Below, one piece after another: positions 50,501 to 60,600 of a stretch of DNA of 64,000 bases. The DNA comes from Aplysia californica. Taxonomy: Eukaryota. The position numbers and the translations under genes are program-made. The notes below the pieces were generated by a model that was not told where the DNA came from, made no database searches, and saw only the letters and a list, made by a program, of their open reading frames with translations. The stretch spans positions 103,807 to 167,806 of the forward strand of contig NW_004797426.1 of NCBI RefSeq assembly GCF_000002075.1, written 5' to 3'. Positions within the stretch are counted from its first letter, which is position 1, and each line of letters opens with the position of its first letter.

Positions 50501-52812
50501 CAGTAGTGCTCTCATGAGAAAAAACAGGCGGTCTCTTCGATATAATTATTCTAACGAGCGCCTTATTCAACCACGATGCCACACATGATATGTTATAATA
50601 GGCCTGTTGCCATAGAGTTGAAAAACTAATAAACTTTTGAAGTATGTAAAGTCGAAATTCATTATGAAAAACCAATAAAGATGAACAAAAAACGTTCAAA
50701 AAATCAATCTGAGCATGAGACGCGAGTGATACTAAAATAACACAGAGGTGTTCACTTAACAGTAACCTGGATAAAGGGTCCCACCTGTCTCACAACAACC
50801 TCAGCTTGTTATAACAACGAAATTTTCCTGTATAATTCATCATTATGACTCCCTTAACAGTAACCTTTTTCACCAACAGCAACCTGCACTGCCATGATAT
50901 GAATGACAAAATTTTTGTTTACGATTTAAAAAAAACAGCGTGAAAAATGAGAACAACTTATAATTTTAATGTGTGTTATTATATCCCCTTCCTCTCTTGT
51001 TTATCTCTTCACAACACCAGCTTAGCTTCTAGAGGTTATAGTGGACACTATATTATTCTGAGTATTGCGGAGAACAGGCTACAGGAGTTCAGTCAGTACC
51101 CTCTCGACAAGGCCCACTCTCCTTCAAGAGTCTCCAAGCTGGAAGGAAAAATCTCAGCCACTGTGTGTAGCAATGCCAATCGCCCGCTGCGCCTTGTGCC
51201 GGAAATTGGCCTCCGCGCGAGGGGTATTTTTTGGGCCGCTCGGAATCAGAAGTGACTCTCTTCTAAGTTTAGTTACGGGAAAACTCCTGGACGAAAATCA
51301 ATGAAACTCGGCAACCAACCAGAGGAAAGGTTAAACTAACGACATGCCAGCGTACAATCCCGAACGATTACTAGAACCGGNNNNNNNNNNNNNNNNNNNN
51401 NNNNNNNNNNNNNNNNNNNNNNNNNNNNNNNNNNNNNNNNNNNNNNNNNNNNNNNNNNNNNNNNNNNNNNNNNNNNNNNNNNNNNNNNNNNNNNNNNNNN
51501 NNNNNNNNNNNNNNNNNNNNNNNNNNNNNNNNNNNNNNNNNNNNNNNNNNNNNNNNNNNNNNNNNNNNNNNNNNNNNNNNNNNNNNNNNNNNNNNNNNNN
51601 NNNNNNNNNNNNNNNNNNNNNNNNNNNNNNNNNNNNNNNNNNNNNNNNNNNNNNNNNNNNNNNNNNNNNNNNNNNNNNNNNNNNNNNNNNNNNNNNNNNN
51701 NNNNNNNNNNNNNNNNNNNNNNNNNNNNNNNNNNNNNNNNNNNNNNNNNNNNNNNNNNNNNNNNNNNNNNNNNNNNNNNNNNNNNNNNNNNNNNNNNNNN
51801 NNNNNNNNNNNNNNNNNNNNNNNNNNNNNNNNNNNNNNNNNNNNNNNNNNNNNNNNNNNNNNNNNNNNNNNNNNNNNNNNNNNNNNNNNNNNNNNNNNNN
51901 NNNNNNNTTTTCCTCAAAATACATCAAAACATGTCCCACATTTTGGCGATTTTTTCCTATATGAAGGTCCTCCAACATTTTGCAAACAAAAATCCCAATA
52001 ACTTTTTTATTTATCAATGGATTTTTAATTTTTAAAAACCATAGTTCTTAGAATTTACTCTATTTTCATTTAAGTCCATTTTAAAGCAATTTGGATGAAA
52101 ATTTAATTTTTCATTGTCATTGCTACTGTGTGTAACAATACTGCCCTACGATCAAACAGTGGTTAACTTGAAAGTTGATACTACTTATGCCGTCACTTTC
52201 TAGTGTAGTAACATCAGCACACTTCATGATTAGGACTTGTGCGTGTGTGTAAGTCTAAAGAAAGTGAGGCGGAGGTGGGCAGGAGACCTTTTGAAAATTG
52301 AGTTAGCGGCAATCTTCATCAAACGGTAACCAAGGCTTCTCCCAAGGGGCAGGTTGTTTGGTAGACACCACTTCCCTGTTCAAGTCCTTTAAATTTTCAA
52401 GAAGTCCAAAAATAAGATGTGTGCTTTTTAAATGAAAGACAGCAGTCAGCAGCAGCAGCTGCAGCGGAAGAGATGTGCTTCTGATTCACAATTGAACATG
52501 TCTGCCATACCATACAAACTCTTGAGTCAGTCAGAACTAAAAGACAAGGAACACTATTGGGACAGTTGGTTAATTCTAGTGATGATCTGAATCTGCGAAT
52601 GTTTTGTTGTTTCAGCGTGTCGCGGGTAGGCTAGGTGTAGGCTACTCATACACTAAACTTAGAATACAACTCTTCTACTCTCAGATTCTACTGAACTGTG
52701 ACTGTGACAGTTCCAGTCCAGTCTCACAGTCACTGGTTCTATCGAGTCTTGGAGGAGAAAACGTAACAAAACAACATGGGGATAAAAACTTTCCAGAAAG
52801 ATCACCTACCAT
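40894..52812 (-). CDS. USP46: Ubiquitin carboxyl-terminal hydrolase USP12/USP46 ortholog, 9 coding exons, 350 aa
   Basis: Exons 52812-52810 (ATG), 48595-48515, 47464-47245, 46655-46575, 44880-44756, 44302-44142, 43422-43290, 41653-41510 and 40998-40894 join in frame (1053 nt). Contains Cys box [20 protein letters not shown], His box [14 protein letters not shown] and C-terminal [10 protein letters not shown]. Probably co-orthologous to vertebrate USP12 and USP46. Confidence 0.96.
41145..41530 (-). repeat. ~40-bp tandem repeat derived from the USP12/46 exon 8 donor junction, ~10 copies
   Basis: Minus-strand unit TTTGAYGATGATATTGTAGAT|GTGAGTAC..CTTT. Confidence 0.92.
41510..41653 (-). CDS. USP46: USP12/46 exon 8 (His box)
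   Basis: [48 protein letters not shown]; donor gtgagt at 41509. Confidence 0.96.
43290..43422 (-). CDS. USP46: USP12/46 exon 7
   Basis: [44 protein letters not shown]. Confidence 0.95.
43841..44021 (-). mobile_element. Retroposon family B copy
   Basis: Match to family B; flanked by a ~50-bp imperfect direct repeat. Confidence 0.8.
44142..44302 (-). CDS. USP46: USP12/46 exon 6
   Basis: [54 protein letters not shown]. Confidence 0.96.
44756..44880 (-). CDS. USP46: USP12/46 exon 5
   Basis: [42 protein letters not shown]. Confidence 0.94.
45985..46520 (+). mobile_element. Two RTE-type LINE 3' fragments
   Basis: 45985-46115 is the same family tail; 46260-46520 encodes [18 protein letters not shown]. 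Confidence 0.7.
46575..46655 (-). CDS. USP46: USP12/46 exon 4
   Basis: [27 protein letters not shown]. Confidence 0.95.
47245..47464 (-). CDS. USP46: USP12/46 exon 3 (catalytic Cys box)
   Basis: [25 protein letters not shown]...[11 protein letters not shown]. Confidence 0.96.
47517..47696 (-). mobile_element. Retroposon family B copy
   Basis: Match to family B; CTACTCAG direct repeat on both sides. Confidence 0.8.
48060..48243. repeat. (GAA)/(GAG) purine-rich simple repeat
   Basis: Seen directly; intronic in USP12/46. Confidence 0.9.
48515..48595 (-). CDS. USP46: USP12/46 exon 2
   Basis: [27 protein letters not shown]; ttcag acceptor, gtaaga donor. Confidence 0.94.
49558..50407 (+). mobile_element. 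Same 7-bp-TSD DNA transposon (internal deletion)
   Basis: TSD AGCACAT on both sides. Confidence 0.9.
51168..52125 (-). mobile_element. Same 7-bp-TSD DNA transposon, inverted, spanning an N gap
   Basis: TSD CTGTGTG on both sides. Confidence 0.88.
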
Positions 52813-52915
52813 CTCTCCGACAGCGCAACAGGCGCTAAACGTGGGCTTCAAAGCTGTTATGTTTGCAAAGTTTGATATCCTCCTCAAAAAAATACGATAA
52901 TATCACCCAGGAAGT
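52810..52915 (-). other. USP46: USP12/46 putative first exon (5'UTR ending in the ATG codon)
   Basis: Minus strand ...ggagagATG|gtaggt; phase 0 fits the next exon GANASQ; ETS-like CAGGAAGT at 52908-52915 and YY1-like CAATATGGC nearby. The 5' end is approximate. Confidence 0.65.
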
Positions 52916-53377
52916 ACAACTAGGTAGCCATATTGTTTTAGTTTGATGCATTTTGGGTTCAGATATCAGTAACGGACCGAATGGGATTTATCAACATTGA
53001 AATCAATACCTGTGAATTAAAAAGATACGTTGATTTAATATTACTAAAATTCCAAATGAATATAGATCTAGATTCTGATTAACTCCTACATGTAGTCTTT
53101 GAATTATATTCTCTCATTTTCATTTCCACAAGTCAAGAGGTGAAAGCGGTGTAGATGCAAATTATATTACACTTTCAAAAAAGAACTTCTTCAGGGCAAA
53201 ACAGACAAAACAAAAATGCAAAGCTCAAAATAAATGGTCACTGAAAAAGTAATAAAACGTATTTCACGTCAATTTAGCATAACCAGGGTAAATAATCATT
53301 TAAAACTGTCTCTGTAATTCTGCTTTCAAACATTACCGTGAAATTGGGAAAGTCGACAAATTTATCTCATCACCGGT

Positions 53378-53410
53378 CCTTTTCCCCTTGCATGCCGTTT
53401 GGAAGCGCAG
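53378..53410 (+). promoter_or_regulatory. RPL21 non-coding exon 1 with 5'TOP tract
   Basis: CCTTTTCCCCTT pyrimidine tract, a 33-nt exon, then CAG|GTAAAA donor. The next exon (acceptor at 57466) carries the ATG, so an upstream exon is required. Confidence 0.7.
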
Positions 53411-54048
53411 GTAAAACATGACAGGCTGACATTTTAAGTTTTATACATCATCCAAATAAGTATTCTGGCAATTTATTGAAACTTTTATTCTTTTTTTTAT
53501 TAATAAAGTAAGCAATACACATGGGTTTGTCAACTTCAGGTTCATAGTTTTCCTCGTTCACAAGTCTCACAATCGATCCCCGATTCCTTCCCTATTTTCG
53601 ATAACGGGATGGGCGCCACGAGTGGAATAGTTACAGTGTGAAGAGCCACGTTTGGTCTTCTTACATCGCCTTTCTTCGTTTTAGTCTGAAAAACGATAAT
53701 TCAGGTTTGACAAGTGTAGTTTTTCAACTAAGTTTGACTTTCGCAGAATTTATAACTGGTTATTGTGTCAAAATCTAATTATGGAGCAGATGGGAGAATA
53801 GCAGAAGAAGCTGACTTTGTCCTCACCCTCACCACTCACCAGTCTCAGCCTACCCCAACTCCAGTCAGCTACCCCCACTGTTGGGATCATACACCTTCTT
53901 TCTTCTGTCTCTGTTGCCATTTGACGATCTTTGACCTTTGTTGAAGTAGCTAAGTTGAAGATCTGATATGATATTTCTGTCTGAAGTTGAGCCCTTGTAA
54001 TCAAATAAACTCTTGTGCATGATGACCACCACACCACATTCCAGATGA

Positions 54049-54660
54049 ACAGGCGGATAGTTAGAGAATGTCAGGAGTACGCCATTTTCCTATATTTATA
54101 GTAACATCCATCTTGTTTGACCTAGCCTATTCTTTAACATAATAATATAATGAGCATTATCATCTACACTTTGCTAAAATGAAAGAGAAGAAAAAGCGGT
54201 GCTTTTTCAGTAGTTCCCACCCCCCTTATTTGAGCCTAACCTAGATCTACATCTATACGTTTGATTCGCGGTGAGCTAAGATATCAAACCTAACAACTGC
54301 AAAACATTAAAGGGAGTGTATACAGACCCGGTAACCGGGAATAAAGTCACAAAGTATACAGACCCGGTAGGGGAACTCTTTTGTGATTTCGGAAACTTTC
54401 AGCACCCTCTTTGGCTCAGGGTAGAACTAGATCTAGATCTAGGTTCTTCTAGATCTATGGCCTAGGTCTAGATCTAGACAGACAGATATAAATCATTGAT
54501 CTAGTTTCGAGGCTAGCCTAGATCTAGATTCTAGATCTAGATCTAAAACTAAATGAAGATTGCGGATGTCTTTTCGATGAACGATCGTTTTTCCCCTGTT
54601 TTGGAGTTAGAGGAATCACAATTTGAAGAAAAGAACAATGTCATAATTTCAATCGAGCAG

Positions 54661-54693
<33 letters not shown>

Positions 54694-54800
54694 GTATCGC
54701 TCGCATTCTTTTTTTCTTTGTTTGTCTCTGTCTTTCGTTCCTTCCTGCCAACTGGCAGACATGTCATATTATATACATTTTGCTAGCACTTCCCCCTGCG

Positions 54801-54855
<55 letters not shown>

Positions 54856-56088
54856 ACTCACACACACACACACACACACTACCGGGTCTGGGCGCTGAAA
54901 CCCTCCGAAATCACAAAAGAGTTCCCCTACCGGGTCTGTATACTTTGTGACTTTGTTCCCGGTTACCGGGTCTGTATACACTTCGAACATTAAATTATGG
55001 TAAAATTCAGGGGGGCATGCCCCCCTGAAACCCCCCTTCCTATTTTTATTAGCCCCCCTGAAACCCCCCTACTCTTGTGGCCCAAACCTGTGAATAAAAT
55101 TGCTGGGTGGGAACTACCGAAAAAGCTTTCTTTTTTCGAAGTGGCTATGCGTACGGCCCTCCCGTACGCATAGCCACTTCGAAGCATCGAGGCTATGTGT
55201 ACAGCCGTCCACTTCACTTAGGCTTTGTAGGCGGCACATAAACTATCAAACTGGACAATACAAGTGGACAAACTTAAACCCTGGAAGCGCGCAGGCCCTT
55301 TATATAGGACGTGAGCCAGGGAGCGCGCAGGCCCTAGATCTATATATAGGGAGGACCTACTGCGATTGAGAAGCTCCCAGCTATAAAGGGCTAAGACGCT
55401 GACCTTTTTTTCTATGGAAAATTTCAGCATTCCTTGTAAGGAAAATGGTGTAGATCTAGTAGTAAATTACAGGTCAAAGTTATAAATAGTGACCAATGAC
55501 TTTGCAAGTTATCTTGACCTTGTAGACAGTCTCTTGGCCAAAGATCGTACTAACAAAATATTTCACTCAGCCAAAAGGGTGTACGCGGAAGTCCGCACAT
55601 TGGTTCAGATGATGCTGCAGTCTTTGTTTTGAAGCTCTCTTTCGTTTCACCAGAAGAAGAATAGGAATAGCACAGTTTGTTAGTTTCACTTTTATTATAT
55701 ATTTTCACACAAGTAGGGTAACTGATCTCAAAGTCCGCACTTTTTGGAAGAGGGTACCACAGAATATTGAGGACACTTTTTTAATTGGCTCAATTATAGA
55801 GAGTGAACTATCTTCTTATACACAAAATCTTTGTCTTGGCAAAGATATCGATCGATAAAGTGACGCAGTCCAGCTGAGCGATTATCAAGGCCGTGAGCAT
55901 ATTTCTATCTAAATTTAAGGGCCGTACGCATAGCCACAGGCTTTTTTTTTTTTTTTACTCCTTTTTTTTCCGATGAGACAGTAGGTCTAGAACTTCTTTT
56001 GTCAGAATGAAGAACACTGTTTTATGACACTGTTACTCTAAATATCGGCCAATGGCGTACTCCTGATGTTCTCTAACTATCCGCTTGT
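54049..56088. mobile_element. Long-TIR non-autonomous DNA transposon (host of nested inserts)
   Basis: TIR ACAGGCGGATAGTTAGAGAA..TCAGGAGTACGCCATT; TCCAGATGA repeated at 54040-54048 and 56090-56098. Confidence 0.8.
54312..54985. mobile_element. Mutator-like MITE, ~80-bp TIR, 9-bp TSD
   Basis: TSD AACATTAAA at 54303-54311 and 54986-54994; near-perfect long TIRs. Confidence 0.88.
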
Positions 56089-57192
56089 GTCCAGATGACA
56101 TGTCATGTGGTGAAGAACAGTTGTCAGGGAAGGGCTAGGATAAAAGTTCTACCGGTTTCATCTCTCATCTCTCCTGTTTGAGAAGAACACTGAGGATTCT
56201 CTGAAGGGATAAGATCCCAAACACAGAAGTTCTTGAAAGGGCATAAGCACAGTGTCTTGGCATAAGCACAGAGTGTCTTCTTCCACACTAGAAAAGTTCA
56301 CCTTAGACAGGTGGGACACATACAAATGCCAAACTCAAACACATGGTTCCCCAGAGCTATTTTTGACAATCTCCGGTTTTGGCTCCAAGAGTAATGAAAT
56401 ATTAATGGTATATTTAAATGATAGTTGGGATTGCAGTAGGCTAGGCCTATAGGAAAATAATGGAATGGGCCTAAACCAGATTAGATCTTATCTCCTATTT
56501 TCTACTCAGAATTGGTGTATGACTTTGTGGAAGATTACATGTATCGAGATGTATCATGGCTTGTAGTTGACTATTATGCTACCTGTTGTTGTGTAGTGTG
56601 TTTAAATTGTAAGGCACCAGAACTTTTTAGAATCTAATCATGTGAGGGAAGGAATTCGGTAACGTGTGACCAATATGAAATAGAGGTTTTGGGTAAGGGG
56701 TTGGGTCAGGGTTAGGTCTCTTCTCTATTGTATTTGTTGGGGCGGTTGACGTTAGAGAAGTCCTTCCCGTGTGTGAGAGTGGGTGGTGGTGTGTAACCTG
56801 AGACAGGACGTGTGGCTCTGCATTGGGCCGTATGGTGTGTGAATTACGGTTTTGTTTGTGTGAGTGTTTGTGATTGAATGTGAAATGGATCGAGAAGTGA
56901 TTGCACAAAAGGGGTGGTAGATGTGTTCCGACTCTGACCAGTGTTGGTTGCATTGTCGTAATTGTGATGTGGTAAGGGCGATCTTCTTTTTTTAAAAGAA
57001 AATAAATAAAATCTGTCATTCTAAGGCTCATCAGCGTCACTCTTGCTTCGACACAGAAAGACCAATCACTTTCCATCCTTCATCTATTTATCGAGTAATA
57101 TAGCGGGTAATTTTCATGACGGTTGTGTTTTATTGTCGGGACTTTTTCTCATTGTGATTTACTTAAATTACAGATGTGTCAAATATATTTGT

Positions 57193-57370
57193 GTGGGTGG
57201 TTGGCGGGTGCTCTGGTGTGGTTTGCTTCTTCTTTCCTATCAAACATCTATCGTCCTTATCTCCCTTTCTTCTTTTTTTATGTTTGTTACTCTCTTGTAA
57301 CGCCTCTATTCTTCTGGCTCTCATATGACCGTATGCAGTTGCGAGCGCCGTAAAACCTCTACTTAAACTA
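57193..57370 (+). mobile_element. Retroposon family B copy
   Basis: 12-bp TSD AAATATATTTGT at 57181-57192 and 57371-57382. Confidence 0.88.
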
Positions 57371-57479
57371 AAATATATTTGTCAATCCCCGTGTTCAAGA
57401 TATGTATGCTCAACTGTATTTATTTAAAGAAGTATATTTGAATGTATTATTTTTGTGTTTCCTTAGGGCCTGAATCACA

Positions 57480-57608
57480 ATGACGAATCCAAAGGGATAT
57501 CGCCGCGGTACGCGGTACATGTTCTCCCGGAAATTCCGGACAAAGGGTGTCACCAAGCTGTCACGTTATATGCACGTGTACAAACGCGGAGATATTGTTG
57601 ACATCAAG
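57480..57608 (+). CDS. RPL21: RPL21 coding exon 1
   Basis: [43 protein letters not shown]; donor gtatgt. Confidence 0.95.
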
Positions 57609-60600
57609 GTATGTTACAGGTGGCTGGACTAGGAATATGCTCCCCATACATAGTCCATATTTTTTGGTGGTGTGGTTGTGTTCCTCGGGGGGGGGTGTAA
57701 AATAAATCTTGGAAAAATCGTAGTAGAGTCTGTGTGTTTAAGAAGCAGCATGAAGATCACATGGCTTGAAGATTGTAATTTCCATTTTAACTCGCTGGCT
57801 GTCGTTACCAACAGTGCAATAGTTGGCCTGGACATACAGGAAACGCCAAAGCTGCACCCGTCAGTTTTGATTTCATCACTGTTTTTACACTATTTGCTAA
57901 TCTGTGTTTAGCCAAGCCAATTGTATGAAGGGAAACCCTGCTATTAAATGCCTTGACTAGACTTGGGCTGAGATTTTGTTTTGCATAGTCGTTGCGAAAT
58001 GTTTCTTCTTCCTTTTGATTCTTAACCCTAACTCTGACAAGTGGTTTCAACAGGAATGGCAAGGCTAATCAGCCGAAACATGCACATGCTTTACAAATAA
58101 AATTTATGAACTTGTATCAAATAATAACCCTACAAAAGTATTTATTTTCTGAAAGGTAATTGAATGAACTTTTTCATTTTGTATTTGAACATATGATTTG
58201 ATTTAATTTACAAGGGGTTATGTAACTTTGAAGTCCAAGATGGCTGACATAAAAAATGTACATACTCATTAGCATATTCACCAATCTAATATATTTAATG
58301 TTATGAAACATGTGAGATAGCAGAAATATAGGTTTTTCAATAACTTTTCAGAAAATGTATAGTTTTATAATTATAGGTTTGAGAAGAACAGGTAATGGGT
58401 TATAATGACTGTTTCAATTTGTCATGTGGTCTGTTTCGAACACGACTGATACTCGCAACTCTCACACCATACTCAATTTAAAAACACTCTAAGTACAGCG
58501 ATTGGTTTTCAGCAATCTGCTTGTAGTCTGTAATATAAGTAGTATTGCAAAAGGAACCTACTTTACTCTATAGCTCTCCTTTTTCTGCCCCTCTTAGACT
58601 CCCAAAGGTAGTGTTCTATTTGAAAGAGAAGTTGGGGCAGGATAAGAACTGGTAGCCCCATTGTCTGTCAGATCTAATCCCAATTCTTTACTGAACACCA
58701 ATAAATCCATCACTAATACTGTCTAAATTACTTTCCCTAGTCGATTCACTTTCAAATGTATAGAACAAAGATCGATTTTTGGCCATTTTAGAGCCACATG
58801 AGTAGCACAAGTGATAGATCTACACTGGCTTGTGTTCCGATCAACAAGCGTTCTAAACATCCCTCTGTTTTGAAAGGAAAATCTCTTCCCCTAAGCCAGA
58901 ATGGTAGAAATATTCTGATTGGTTGAAGGTCAGCCTTTTAGCCAAGGAAAAATCACCTTAGGAATCCCCAAATATTTAGTTGGAAGGCAGAAGCAGCAGT
59001 TTACTATACGGTCCTATGAGATCGGCCCTGCCAGTTTCATCATATTCATGTCAGGAAATGGGCCGATCTAATCGGCCCTTGCCAGAGTTACGGATAAATA
59101 AACTGTTCAAAGTGTGATTACATTTTCGAAACTCCGAAGATGGCTCTACTATTTTAAAAGCGATGCTGTTCACGTGAGCTAGGACAAGCAAATGATGAAT
59201 ACGATATTGATGAAAACAGAAGAAGTTAAGGGTCGATTCAGATGAATCAGATTTAGAATCTAGATCCAGAGCCTGACCACGAGGGTGGAGTGGCTGCTAG
59301 GTCAGAAGTAGTAAAATTAAAACATTTCGAAGAACCTACAGTGCCAATTACGTTTTATTTTTCGTAAACTACATTTATTTCTCTCGTTATTTTTTCGCCA
59401 TTTTGTGATATTGGTTTGGTTTTGTATTTTGGGTTTTTGTTTGTTTTTATACTTGTATCCAGGTGGTGGGTTATCTCCCCTTGCTTAGTATTTGGGAATA
59501 CTATAGACTTCCCGTTCAAACCCTTGGGGGTGTAATGGGTTATGGTAGTTGTTTCCTTGATTCCCCAATCTATGCGGATGTAATGAAAACTGCTGCCAGT
59601 GAAATAAGTCTGAATGAAGGGCTAGTTTGCTGCTAGTAATGGTAGCTGCAGTGGGGAAATGGATCAAGTTTCATTAATTAATATTGTGGGAATCATCTTC
59701 TCATGGTAGTTTTGAAACCTTGTGTGCACACTTCTTTTTTTCAGGGTGATGGTGCTATCCAAAAGGGTATGCCCTACAAATTCTACCACGGAAAGACAGG
59801 CCGTGTGTTCAACGTCACACCACATGCCGTCGGTGTGGAGGTCAACAAACAGAACGGGTAAGATTCTTCTCTTACTGCACTTTGTTGTGGGTGCTGTTCC
59901 CATGTTGGTTTCACTACCATGCCTGGAACTAGATATTGATGGGATGCTTTTAAAAAAAACAAACAACAACTGTCATTTACAGTTTTTTCTGTTATGTTGG
60001 AAGTGCAAGGTGATCTCTTTGACAAAGATACGGTTCTGAAAGAGGAAAAGAGAATGTCGTCATTAATTGTTAATTTTTGTGATGTGTGAGCCACAAGGTT
60101 AGCTTAACCTTGAAAGTGAGGAAGGAAAAAAAAATATATGAGTATACTGTTGTATGTGAAAGGACAGTTTGTATTTCTGTTTTCTTTTTCACTTGATGTT
60201 ACATTTTTTTTATAAATAACTTTGTACTTAGTTCTAGAGCACAATGCTTTCTTTTATTTGAGTAATTTGCCTGTATTCAATTTGGGCAGCCCTTAGTGTT
60301 ACTTTTGTATTGGAAAAAAAATGAAGAACTTTTTACTTACATCTTCCATCATATTGGCGATGGTTTTTGTTGCTTGTGCTGTGTATAGCTTACATTGTAC
60401 ACTATGAGCTCTACTGACTGGGAAGGGGTTCATTTTGGAAGTGAAATGGGGGAGTTTTTATACTTTGTCGTCTTTGAACCTCTCCTATCTCCTCATATTA
60501 TAATGATTACTAATTACTATTTTGTTTTGTCTGTGTGCAGCAACCGCATCCTCAGCAAGAAGATCAACGTGAGGCTTGAGCACATCAAGCACAGCAACTG

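Noticed and set aside
42058-52017. ORFs of ~190-294 aa full of X
   Set aside because: They are open only because they cross N gaps.
52681-52887. 68-aa ORF as a USP12/46 N-terminal extension
   Set aside because: It starts at TTG and reads through the donor. The only ATG is the one at the exon end.
59190-59277. ATGATGA...CTGA box C/D-like spacing in the RPL21 intron
   Set aside because: No terminal stem and no rRNA antisense element that I can recognise; it looks like degraded repeat sequence.
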